A stretch of 64,000 bases of DNA from Eledone cirrhosa (taxonomy: Eukaryota): positions 116,994,001-117,058,000 of the forward strand of contig OZ024744.1 in assembly GCA_964016885.1 (NCBI GenBank), written 5' to 3'. The translations under genes were made by a program, and so were the position numbers. The notes below the pieces were generated by a model. That model was given only the letters and a program-made list of their open reading frames with translations, did no database searches and was not told where the DNA came from. Positions within the stretch are counted from its first letter, which is position 1, and the number at the start of each line of letters is the position of its first letter. Positions 13,361-26,720 of the stretch are shown piece after piece.

Positions 13361-16300
13361 TGAATCTCTCCACTACTGACTTCCTTCTTCTCTCTCTCTC
13401 TCATCCTGACATCACGTTAGCATGGGTTTGACAGGTCCTTCCCTGAATCTCTCCACTACTGACTTCCTTCTTCTCTCTCTCTCTCATCCTGACATCATGT
13501 TAGCATGGGTTTGACAGGTCCTTCCCTGAATCTCTCCACTACTCAGTTCCTTCTTCTCTCTCTCTCTCATCCTGACATCATGTTAGCATGGGTTTGACAG
13601 GTCCTTCCCTGAATCTCTCCACTACTCAGTTCCTTCTCTCTCTCTCTCATCCTGACATCATGTTAGCATGGGTTTGACAGGTCCTTCTCTGAATCTCTCC
13701 ACTACTGACTTCCTTCTTCTCTCTCTCTCTCATCCTGACATCATGTTAGCATGGGTTTGACAGGTCCTTCCCTGAATCTCTCCACTACTGACTTCCTTCT
13801 TCTCTCTCTCTCTCATCCTGACATCATGTTAGCATGGGTTTGACAGGTCCTTCCCTGAATCTCTCCACTACTCAGTTCCTTCTTCTCTCTCTCTCTCATC
13901 CTGACATCATGTTAGCATGGGTTTGACAGGTCCTTCCCTGAATCTCTCCACTACTGACTTCCTTCTTCTCTCTCTCTCTCATCCTGACATCACGTTAGCA
14001 TGGGTTTGACAGGTCCTTCCCTGAATCTCTCCACTACTGACTTCCTTCTTCTCTCTCTCTCTCATCCTGACATCATGTTAGCATGGGTTTGACAGGTCCT
14101 TCCCTGAATCTCTCCACTACTCAGTTCCTTCTTCTCTCTCTCTCTCATCCTGACAGCATGTTAGCATGGGTTTGACAGGTCCTTCCCTGAATCTCTCCAC
14201 TACTGACTTCCTTCTTCTCTCTCTCTCTCATCCTGACATCATGTTAGCATGGGTTTGACAGGTCCTTCCCTGAATCTCTCCACTACTGACTTCCTTCTTC
14301 TCTCTCTCTCTCATCCTGACATCATGTTAGCATGGGTTTGACAGGTCCTTCCCTGAATCTCTCCACTACTGACTTCCTTCTTCTCTCTCTCTCTCATCCT
14401 GACATCATGTTAGCATGGGTTTGACAGGTCCTTCCCTGAATCTCTCCACTACTGACTTCCTTCTTCTCTCTCTCTCTCATCCTGACATCATGTTAGCATG
14501 GGTTTGACAGGTCCTTCCCTGAATCTCTCCACTACTCAGTTCCTTCTTCTCTCTCTCTCTCATCCTGACATCATGTTAGCATGGGTTTGACAGGTCCTTC
14601 CCTGAATCTCTCCACTACTCAGTTCCTTCTTCTCTCTCTCTCTCATCCTGACATCATGTTAGCATGGGTCTGACAGGTCCTTCCCTGAATCTCTCCACTA
14701 CTGACTTCCTTCTTCTCTCTCTCTCTCATCCTGACATCATGTTAGCATGGGTTTGACAGGTCCTTCCCTGAATCTCTCCACTACTGACTTCCTTCTTCTC
14801 TCTCTCTCTCATCCTGACATCATGTTAGCATGGGTTTGACAGGTCCTTCCCTGAATCTCTCCACTACTGACTTCCTTCTTCTCTCTCTCTCTCATCCTGA
14901 CATCATGTTAGCATGGGTCTGACAGGTCCTTCCCTCAATCACTCCACTACTGACTTCCTTCTTCTCTCTCTCTCTCATCCTGACAGCATGTTAGCATGGG
15001 TTTGACAGGTCCTTCCCTGAATCTCTCCACTACTGACTTCCTTCTTCTCTCTCTCTCTCATCCTTACAGCATGTTAGCATGGCTTTGACAGGTCCTTCCC
15101 TGAATCTCTCCACTACTGACTTCCTTCTTCTCTCTCTCTCTCATCCTGACATCATGTTAGCATGGGTTTGACAGGTCCTTCCCTGAATCTCTCCACTACT
15201 GACTTCCTTCTTCTCTCTCTCTCTCATCCTTACAGCATGTTAGCATGGGTTTGACAGGTCCTTCCCTGAATCTCTCCACTACTGACTTCCTTCTTCTCTC
15301 TCTCTCTCATCCTGACATCATGTTAGCATGGGTTTGACAGGTCCTTCCCTGAATCTCTCCACTACTGACTTCCTTCTTCTCTCTCTCTCTCATCCTGACA
15401 TCATGTTAGCATGGGTTTGACAGGTCCTTCCCTGAATCTCTCCACTACTGACTTCCTTCTTCTCTCTCTCATCCTGACATCATGTTAGCATGGGTCTGAC
15501 AGGTCCTTCCCTGAATCTCTCCACTACTGACTTCCTTCTTCTCTCTCTCTCATCATGACATCATGTTAGCATGGGTTTGACAGGTCCTTCCCTGAATCTC
15601 TCCACTACTGACTTCCTTCTTCTCTCTCTCTCATCATGACATCATGTTAGCATGGGTTTGACAGGTCCTTCCCTGAATCTCTCCATTACTGACTTCCTTC
15701 TTCTCTCTCTCTCTCATCCTGACATCATGTTAGCATGGGTCTGACAGGTCCTTCCCTGAATCTCTCCACTACTGACTTCCTTCTTCTCTCTCTCATCCTG
15801 ACATCATGTTAGCATGGGTCTGACAGGTCCTTCCCTGAATCTCTCCACTACTTACTTCCTTCTTCTCTCTCTCATCCTGACATCATGTTAGCATGGGTCT
15901 GACAGGTCCTTCCCTGAATCTCTCCACTACTGACTTCCTTCTTCTCTCTCTCTCTCATCCTTACAGCATGTTAGCATGGGTTTGACAGGTCCTTCTCTGA
16001 ATCTCTCCACTACTTAGTTCCTTCTTCTCTCTCTCTCATCCTCACATCATGTTAGCATGGGTTTGACAGGTCCTTCCCTGAATCTCTCCACTACTGACTT
16101 CCTTCTTCTCTCTCTCTCTCATCCTTACAGCATGTTAGCATGGGTTTGACAGGTCCTTCCCTGAATCTCTCCACTACTGACTTCCTTCTTCTCTCTCTCT
16201 CTCATCCTTACAGCATGTTAGCATGGGTTTGACAGGTCCTTCTCTGAATCTCTCCACTACTTAGTTCCTTCTTCTCTCTCTCTCATCCTCACATCATGTT

Positions 16301-17449
16301 AGCATGGGTTTGACAGGTCCTTCCCTGAATCTCTCCACTACTGACTTCCTTCTTCTCTCTCTCTCTCATCCTTACAGCATGTTAGCATGGGTTTGACAGG
16401 TCCTTCCCTGAATCTCTCCACTACTGACTTCCTTCTTCTCTCTCTCTCATCCTGACATCATGTTAGCATGGGTTTGACAGGTCCTTCCCTGAATCTCTCC
16501 GCTACTTACTTCCTTCTTCTCTCTCTCTCTCATCCTGACATCATGTTAGCATGGGTTTGACAGGTCCTTCCCTGAATCTCTCAACTACTCAGTTCCTTCT
16601 TCTCTCTCTCTCTCATCATGACATCATGTTAGCATGGGTTTGACAGGTCCTTCCCTGAATCTCTCCACTACTGACTTCTTTCTTCTCTCTCTCATCCTGA
16701 CATCATGTTAGCATGGGTTTGACAGGTCCTTCCCTGAATCTCTCCACTACTTACTTCCTGCTTCTCTCTCTCTCTCATCCTGACATCATGTTAGCATGGG
16801 TTTGACAGGTCCTTCCCTGAATCTCTCCACTACTCAGTTCCTTCTTCCCTCTCTCTCTCATCATGACATCATGTTAGCATGGGTTTGACAGGTCCTTCCC
16901 TGAATCTCTCCACTACTGACTTCCTTCTTCTCTCTCTCTCTCATCCTGACATCATGTTAGCATGAGTTTGACAGGTCCTTCCCTGAATCTCTCCACTACT
17001 GACTTCCTTCTTCTCTCTCTCTCTCATCCTTACAGCATGTTAGCATGGGTCTGACAGGTCCTTCCCTGAATCTCTCCACTACTGACTTCCTTCTTCTCTC
17101 TCTCATCCTGACAGCATGTTAGCATGGGTTTGACAGGTCCTTCCCTGAATCTCTCCACTACTGACTTCCTTCTTCTCTCTCTCTCTCATCCTGACATCAT
17201 GTTAGCATGGGTTTGACAGGTCCTTCCCTGAATCTCTCCACTATTGACTTCCTTCTTCTCTCTCTCTCTCATCATGACATCATGTTAGCATGGGTCTGAC
17301 AGGTCCTTCTCTGAATCTCTCCACTACTGACTTCCTTCTTCTCTCTCTCTCTCATCCTTACAGCATGTTAGCATGGGTCTGACAGGTCCTTCCCTGAATC
17401 TCTCCACTACTGACTTCCTTCTTCTCTCTCTCATCCTGACAGCATGTTA

Positions 17450-20400
17450 GCATGGGTTTGACAGGTCCTTCCCTGAATCTCTCCACTACTGACTTCCTTC
17501 TTCTCTCTCTCTCTCATCCTAACATCACGTTAGCATGGGTTTGACAGGTCCTTCCCTGAATCTCTCCACTACTGACTTCCTTCTTCTCTCTCTCTCTCAT
17601 CCTGACATCATGTTAGCATGGGTCTGACAGGTCCTTCCCTGAATCTCTCCATTACTGACTTCCTTCTTCTCTCTCTCTCTCATCATGACATCATGTTAGC
17701 ATGGGTCTGACAGGTCCTTCCCTGAATCTCTCCACTACTGACTTCCTTCTTCTCTCTCTCTCATCATGACATCATGTTAGCATGGGTTTGATAGGTCCTT
17801 CCCTGAATCTCTCCACTACTGACTTCCTTCTTCTCTCTCTCATCCTGACATCATGTTAGCATGGGTCTGACAGGTCCTTCCCTGAATCTCTCCACTACTG
17901 ACTTCCTTCTTCTCTCTCTCATCCTGACAGCATGTTAGCATGGGTTTGACAGGTCCTTCTCTGAATCTCTCCACTACTGACTTCCTTCTTCTCTCTCTCT
18001 CTCATCCTGACATCATGTTAGCATGGGTTTGACAGGTCCTTCCCTGAATCTCTCCACTACTCAGTTCCTTCTTCTCTCTCTCTCATCCTCACATCATGTT
18101 AGCATGGGTTTGACAGGTCCTTCCCTGAATCTCTCCACTACTGACTTCCTTCTTCTCTCTCTCTCTCATCCTTACAGCATGTTAGCATGGGTTTGACAGG
18201 TCCTTCCCTGAATCTCTCCACTACTGACTTCCTTCTTCTCTCTCTCTCTCATCCTGACATCATGTTAGCATGGGTTTGACAGGTCCTTCGCTGAATCTCT
18301 CCACTACTGTCTTCCTTCTTCTCTCTCTCTCTCATCATGACATCATGTTAGCATGGGTTTGACAGGTCCTTCCCTGAATCTCTCCACTACTGACTTCCTT
18401 CTTCTCTCTCTCTCTCATCCTGACAGCATGTTAGCATGGGTTTGACAGGTCCTTCCCTGAATCTCTCCACTACTGACTTCCTTCTTCTCTCTCTCTCTCA
18501 TCCTCACATCATGTTAGCATGGGTTTGACAGGTCCTTCCCTGAATCTCTCCACTACTGACTTCCTTCTTCTCTCTCTCTCTCATCCTTACAGCATGTTAG
18601 CATGGGTTTGACAGGTCCTTCCCTGAATCTCTCCACTACTGACTTCCTTCTTCTCTCTCTCTCTCATCCTGACATCATGTTAGCATGGGTTTGACAGGTC
18701 CTTCCCTGAATCTCTCCACTACTGTCTTCCTTCTTCTCTCTCTCTCTCATCATGACATCATGTTAGCATGGGTTTGACAGGTCCTTCCCTGAATCTCTCC
18801 ACTACTGACTTCCTTCTTCTCTCTCTCTCTCATCGTGACATCATGTTAGCATGGGTTTGACAGGTCCTTCCCTGAATCTCTCCACTACTTAGTTCCTTCT
18901 TCTCTCTCTCTCTCATCCTGACAGCATGTTAGCATGGGTTTGACAGGTCCTTCCCTGAATCTCTCCACTACTGACTTCCTTCTTCTCTCTCTCTCTCATC
19001 CTGACAGCATGTTAGCATGGGTTTGACAGGTCCTTCCCTGAATCTCTCCACTACTGACTTCCTTCTTCTCTCTCTCTCTCATCCTCACATCATGTTAGCA
19101 TGGGTTTGACAGGTCCTTCCCTGAATCTCTCCACTACTCAGTTCCTTCTTCTCTCTCTCTCTCATCCTGACATCATGTTAGCATGGGTTTGACAGGTCCT
19201 TCCCTGAATCTCTCCACTACTTACTTCCTTCTTCTCTCTCTCTCTCATCCTGACACCATGTTAGCATGGGTCTGACAGGTCCTTCCCTGAATCTCTCCAC
19301 TACTGACTTCCTTCTTCTCTCTCTCTCTCTCATCCTGACATCATGTTAGCATGGGTTTGACAGGTCCTTCCCTGAATCTCTCCACTACTCAGTTCCTTCT
19401 CTCTCTCTCTCATCCTGACATCATGTTAGCATGGGTTTGACAGGTCCTTCCCTGAATCTCTCCACTACTGACTTCCTTCTTCTCTCTCTCTCTCATCCTT
19501 ACAGCATGTTAGCATGGGTTTGACAGGTCCTTCCCTGAATCTCTCCACTACTGACTTCCTTCTCTCTCTCTCTCATCCTGACATCATGTTAGCATGGGTT
19601 TGACAGGTCCTTCCCTGAATCTCTCCACTACTGACTTCCTTCTTCTCTCTCTCTCTCATCCTCACATCATGTTAGCATGGGTCTGACAGGTCCTTCCCTG
19701 AATCTCTCCACTACTCAGTTCCTTCTTCTCTCTCTCTCTCATCCTTACAGCATGTTAGCATGGGTCTGACAGGTCCTTCTCTGAATCTCTCCACTACTTA
19801 GTTCCTTCTTCTCTCTCTCTCTCATCCTGACATCATGTTAGCATGGGTTTGACAGGTCCTTCCCTGAATCTCTCCACTACTGACTTCCTTCTTCTCTCTC
19901 TCTCTCATCCTGACATCATGTTAGCATGGGTTTGACAGGTCCTTCCCTGAATCTCTCCACTACTGACTTCCTTCTTCTCTCTCTCATCCTGACAGCATGT
20001 TAGCATGGGTTTGACAGGTCCTTCCCTGAATCTCTCCACTACTGACTTCCTTTTTCTCTCTCTCTCTCATCCTGACATCATGTTAGCATGGGTTTTACAG
20101 GTCCTTCCCTGAATCTCTCCACTACTGACTTCCTTCTTCTCTCTCTCTCTCATCCTTACAGCATGTTAGCATGGGTTTGACAGGTCCTTCCCTGAATCTC
20201 TCCACTACTGACTTCCTTCTTCTCTCTCTCTCTCATCATGACATCATGTTAGCATGGGTTTGACAGGTCCTTCCCTGAATCTCTCCACTACTGACTTCCT
20301 TCTTCTCTCTCTCTCTCATCCTGACATCATGTTAGCATGGGTTTGACAGGTCCTTCCCTGAATCTCTCCACTACTGACTTCCTTCTTCTCTCTCTCTCTC

Positions 20401-23400
20401 ATCCTGACATCATGTTAGCATGGGTTTGACAGGTCCTTCCCTGAATCTCTCCACTACTGACTTCCTTCTTCTCTCTCTCTCTCATCCTTACAGCATGTTA
20501 GCATGGGTTTGACAGGTCCTTCCCTGAATCTCTCCACTACTGACTTCCTTCTTCTCTCTCTCTCTCATCATTACAGCATGTTAGCATGGGTTTGACAGGT
20601 CCTTCCCTGAATCTCTCCACTACTGATTTACTTCTTCTCTCTCTCATCCTGACATCATGTTAGCATGGGTTTGACAGGTCCTTCCCTGAATCTCTCCACT
20701 ACTGACTTCCTTCTTCTCTCTCTCTCTCATCCTGACATCATGTTAGCATGGGTTTGACAGGTCCTTCCCTGAATCTCTCCACTACTGACTTCCTTCTTCT
20801 CTCTCTCTCTCATCCTGACATCATGTTAGCATGGGTCTGACAGGTCATTCCCTGAATCTCTCCACTACTCAGTTCCTTCTTCTCTCTCTCTCTCATCCTT
20901 ACAGCATGTTAGCATGGGTTTGACAGGTCCTTCCCTGAATCTCTCCACTACTGACTTCCTTCTTCTCTCTCTCTCTCATCCTCACATCATGTTAGCATGG
21001 GTTTGACAGGTCCTTCCCTGAATCTCTCCACCACTCAGTTCCTTCTCTCTCTCTCATCATGACAGCATGTTAGCATGGGTTTGACAGGTCCTTCCCTGAA
21101 TCTCTCCACTACTGACTTCCTTCTTCTCTCTCTCTCTCATCCTGACATCATGTTAGCATGGGTCTGACAGGTCCTTCCCTGAATCTCTCCACTACTCAGT
21201 TCCTTCTTCTCTCTCTCTCTCATCCTGACATCATGTTAGCATGGGTTTGACAGGTCCTTCCCTGAATCTCTCCACTACTGACTTCCTTCTTCTCTCTCTC
21301 ATCCTGACATCATGTTAGCATGGGTTTGACAGGTCCTTCCCTGAATCTCTCCACTACTGACTTCCTTCTTCTCTCTCTCTCTCATCCTGACATCAAGTTA
21401 GCATGGGTCTGACAGGTCCTTCCCTGAATCACTCCACTACTCAGTTCCTTCTTCTCTCTCTCTCTCATCCTGACATCATGTTAGCATGGGTTTGACAGGT
21501 CCTTCCCTGAATCTCTCCATTACTGACTTCCTTCTCTCTCTCTCTCATCCTGACATCATGTTAGCATGGGTTTGACAGGTCCTTCCCTGAATCTCTCCAT
21601 TACTGACTTCCTTCTTCTCTCTCTCTCTCATCCTGACATCATGTTAGCATGGGTTTGACAGGTCCTTCCCTGATTCTCTCCACTACTGATTTCCTTCTTC
21701 TCTCTCTCTCTCATCCTGACATCATGTTAGCATGGGTTTGACAGGTCCTTCCCTGAATCTCTCCACTACTTACTTCCTTCTTCTCTCTCTCTCTCATCCT
21801 GACATCATGTTAGCATGGGTTTGACAGGTCCTTCCCTGAATCTCTCCACTACTGACTTCCTTCTTCTCTCTCTCATACTGACATCATGTTAGCATGGGTT
21901 TGACAGGTCCTTCCCTGAATCTCTCCACTACTGACTTCCTTCTTCTCTCTCTCTCTCATCCTGACAGCATGTTAGCATGGGTGTGACAGGTCCTTCCCTG
22001 AATCTCTCCTCTACTGACTTCCTTCTTCTCTCTCTCATCCTGACAGCATGTTAGCATGGGTTTGACAGGTCCTTCCCTGAATCTCTCCACTACTGACTTC
22101 CTTCTTCTCTCTCTCTCTCATCCTAACATCATGTTAGCATGGGTTTGACAGGTCCTTCCCTGAATCTCTCCACTACTGACTTCCTTCTTCTCTCTCTCTC
22201 TCATCCTGACATCCTGTTAGCATGGGTCTGACAGGTCTTTCCCTGAATCTCTCCATTACTGACTTCCTTCTTCTCTCTCTCTCTCATCATGACATCATGT
22301 TAGCATGGGTCTGACAGGTCCTTCCCTGAATCTCTCCACTACTGACTTCCTTCTTCTCTCTCTCTCATCATGACATCATGTTAGCATGGGTTTGATAGGT
22401 CCTTCCCTGAATCTCTCCACTACTGACTTCCTTCTTCTCTCTCTCATCCTGACATCATGTTAGCATGGGTTTGACAGGTCCTTCCCTGAATCTCTCCACT
22501 ACTGACTTCCTTCTTCTCTCTCTCTCTCATCCTTACAGCATGTTAGCATGGGTTTGACAGGTCCTTCCCTGAATCTCTCCACTACTGACTTCCTTCTTCT
22601 CTCTCTCTCTCATCCTGACAGCATGTTAGCATGGGTTTGACAGGTCCTTCTCTGAATCTCTCCACTACTGACTTCCTTCTTCTCTCTCTCTCTCATCCTG
22701 ACATCATGTTAGCATGGGTTTGACAGGTCCTTCCCTGAATCTCTCCACTACTCAGTTCCTTCTTCTCTCTCTCTCATCCTCACATCATGTTAGCATGGGT
22801 TTGACAGGTCCTTCCCTGAATCTCTCCACTACTGACTTCCTTCTTCTCTCTCTCTCTCATCCTTACAGCATGTCAGCATGGGTTTGACAGGTCCTTCCCT
22901 GAATCTCTCCACTACTGACTTCCTTCTTCTCTCTCTCTCTCATCCTGACATCATGTTAGCATGGGTTTGACAGGTCCTTCGCTGAATCTCTCCACTACTG
23001 TCTTCCTTCTTCTCTCTCTCTCTCATCATGACATCATGTTAGCATGGGTTTGACAGGTCCTTCCCTGAATCTCTCCACTACTGACTTCCTTCTTCTCTCT
23101 CTCTCTCATCCTGACAGCATGTTAGCATGGGTTTGACAGGTCCTTCCCTGAATCTCTCCACTACTGACTTCCTTCTTCTCTCTCTCTCTCATCCTCACAT
23201 CATGCTAGCATGGGTTTGACAGGTCCTTCCCTGAATCTCTCCACTACTGACTTCCTTCTTCTCTCTCTCTCTCATCCTTACAGCATGTTAGCATGGGTTT
23301 GACAGGTCCTTCCCTGAATCTCTCCACTACTGACTTCCTTCTTCTCTCTCTCTCTCATCCTGACATCATGTTAGCATGGGTTTGACAGGTCCTTCCCTGA

Positions 23401-26400
23401 ATCTCTCCACTACTGTCTTCCTTCTTCTCTCTCTCTCTCATCATGACATCATGTTAGCATGGGTTTGACAGGTCCTTCCCTGAATCTCTCCAATACTGAC
23501 TTCCTTCTTCTCTCTCTCATCGTGACATCATGTTAGCATGGGTTTGACAGGTCCTTCCCTGAATCTCTCCACTACTTAGTTCCTTCTTCTCTCTCTCTCT
23601 CATCCTGACAGCATGTTAGCATGGGTTTGACAGGTCCTTCCCTGAATCTCTCCACTACTGACTTCCTTCTTCTCTCTCTCTCTCATCCTGACAGCATGTT
23701 AGCATGGGTTTGACAGGTCCTTCCCCGAATCTCTCCACTACTGACTTCCTTCTTCTCTCTCTCTCTCATCCTCACATCATGTTAGCATGGGTTTGACAGG
23801 TCCTTCCCTGAATCTCTCCACTACTCAGTTCCTTCTTCTCTCTCTCTCTCATCCTGACATCATGTTAGCATGGGTTTGACAGGTCCTTCCCTGAATCTCT
23901 CCACTACTTACTTCCTTCATCTCTCTCTCTCTCATCCTGACACCATGTTAGCATGGGTCTGACAGGTCCTTCCCTGAATCTCTCCACTACTGACTTCCTT
24001 CTTCTCTCTCTCTCTCTCATCCTGACATCATGTTAGCATGGGTTTGACAGGTCCTTCCCTGAATCTCTCCACTACTCAGTTCCTTCTCTCTCTCTCTCAT
24101 CCTGATATCATGTTAGCATGGGTTTGACAGGTCCTTCCCTGAATCTCTCCACTACTGACTTCCTTCTTCTCTCTCTCTCTCATCCTTACAGCATGTTAGC
24201 ATGGGTTTGACAGGTCCTTCCCTGAATCTCTCCACTACTGACTTCCTTCTCTCTCTCTCTCATCCTGACATCATGTTAGCATGGGTTTGACAGGTCCTTC
24301 CCTGAATCTCTCCACTACTGACTTCCTTCTTCTCTCTCTCTCTCATCCTCACATCATGTTAGCATGGGTCTGACAGGTCCTTCCCTGAATCTCTCCACTA
24401 CTCAGTTCCTTCTTCTCTCTCTCTCTCATCCTTACAGCATGTTAGCATGGGTCTGACAGGTCCTTCTCTGAATCTCTCCACTACTTAGTTCCTTCTCTCT
24501 CTCTCTCATCCTGACATCATGTTAGCATGGGTTTGACAGGTCCTTCCCTGAATCTCTCCACTACTGACTTCCTTCTTCTCTCTCTCTCTCATCCTGACAT
24601 CATGTTAGCATGGGTTTGACAGGTCCTTCCCTGAATCTCTCCACTACTGACTTCCTTCTTCTCTCTCTCTCTCATCATGACATCATGTTAGCATGGGTTT
24701 GACAGGTCCTTCCCTGAATCTCTCCACTACTGACTTCCTTCTTCTCTCTCTCTCTCATCCTGACAGCATGTTAGCATGGGTTTGACAGGTCCTTCCCTGA
24801 ATCTCTCCACTACTGACTTCCTTTTTCTCTCTCTCTCTCATCCTGACATCATGTTAGCATGGGTTTGACAGGTCCTTCCCTGAATCTCTCCACTACTGAC
24901 TTCCTTCTTCTCTCTCTCTCTCATCCTTACAGCATGTTAGCATGGGTTTGACAGGTCCTTCCCTGAATCTCTCCACTACTGACTTCCTTCTTCTCTCTCT
25001 CATCATGACATCATGTTAGCATGGGTTTGACAGGTCCTTCCCTGAATCTCTCCACTACTGACTTCCTTCTTCTCTCTCTCTCTCATCCTGACATCATGTT
25101 AGCATGGGTTTGACAGGTCCTTCCCTGAATCTCTCCACTACTGACTTCCTTCTTCTCTCTCTCTCTCATCCTGACATCATGTTAGCATGGGTTTGACAGG
25201 TCCTTCCCTGAATCTCTCCACTACTGACTTCCTTCTTCTCTCTCTCTCTCATCCTTACAGCATGTTAGCATGGGTTTGACAGGTCCTTCCCTGAATCTCT
25301 CCACTACTGACTTCCTTCTTCTCTCTCTCTCTCATCCTTACAGCATGTTAGCATGGGTTTGACAGGTCCTTCCCTGAATCTCTCCACTACTGATTTACTT
25401 CTTCTCTCTCTCATCCTGACATCATGTTAGCATGGGTCTGACAGGTCATTCCCTGAATCTCTCCACTACTCAGTTCCTTCTTCTCTCTCTCTCTCTCATC
25501 CTTACAGCATGTTAGCATGGGTTTGACAGGTCCTTCCCTGAATCTCTCCACTACTGACTTCCTTCTTCTCTCTCTCTCTCATCCTGACATCATGTTAGCA
25601 TGGGTCTGACAGGTCATTCCCTGAATCTCTCCACTACTCAGTTCCTTCTTCTCTCTCTCTCTCATCCTTACAGCATGTTAGCATGGGTTTGACAGGTCCT
25701 TCCCTGAATCTCTCCACTACTGACTTCCTTCTTCTCTCTCTCTCTCATCCTCACATCATGTTAGCATGGGTTTGACAGGTCCTTCCCTGAATCTCTCCAC
25801 TACTCAGTTCCTTCTCTCTCTCTCATCATGACAGCATGTTAGCATGGGTTTGACAGGTCCTTCCCTGAATCTCTCCACTACTGACTTCCTTCTTCTCTCT
25901 CTCTCTCATCCTGACATCATGTTAGCATGGGTCTGACAGGTCCTTCCCTGAATCTCTCCACTACTCAGTTCCTTCTTCTCTCTCTCTCTCATCCTGACAT
26001 CATGTTAGCATGGGTTTGACAGGTCCTTCCCTGAATCTCTCCACTACTGACTTCCTTCTTCTCTCTCTCATCCTGACATCATGTTAGCATGGGTTTGACA
26101 GGTCCTTCCCTGAATCTCTCCACTACTGACTTCCTTCTTCTCTCTCTCTCTCATCCTGACATCAAGTTAGCATGGGTCTGACAGGTCCTTCCCTGAATCG
26201 CTCCACTACTCAGTTCCTTCTTCTCTCTCTCTCTCATCATGACATCATGTTAGCATGGGTTTGACAGGTCCTTCCCTGAATCTCTCCATTACTGACTTCC
26301 TTCTCTCTCTCTCTCATCCTGACATCATGTTAGCATGGGTTTGACAGGTCCTTCCCTGAATCTCTCCATTACTGACTTCCTTCTTCTCTCTCTCTCTCAT

Positions 26401-26720
26401 CCTGACATCATGTTAGCATGGGTTTGACAGGTCCTTCCCTGAATCTCTCCACTACTGATTTCCTTCTTCTCTCTCTCTCTCATCCTGACATCATGTTAGC
26501 ATGGGTTTGACAGGTCCTTCCCTGAATCTCTCCACTACTTACTTCCTTCTTCTCTCTCTCTCTCATCCTGACATCATGTTAGCATGGGTTTGACAGGTCC
26601 TTCCCTGAATCTCTCCACTACTGACTTCCTTCTTCTCTCTCTCATACTGACATCATGTTAGCATGGGTTTGACAGGTCCTTCCCTGAATCTCTCCACTAC
26701 TGAATTCCTTCTTCTCTCTC
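17450..26720. repeat. Tandem duplication of a ~4.6-4.8-kb block of monomers
   Basis: Ordered shared markers: CCTAACATC (17521/22125), TTTGATAGG (17791/22395), CCTTCGCTG (18290/22981), GACACCATG (~19257/~23943), TGATTTAC (~20626/~25395), CATCAAG (21391/26160), CATACTGAC (~21877/~26645). Confidence 0.9.
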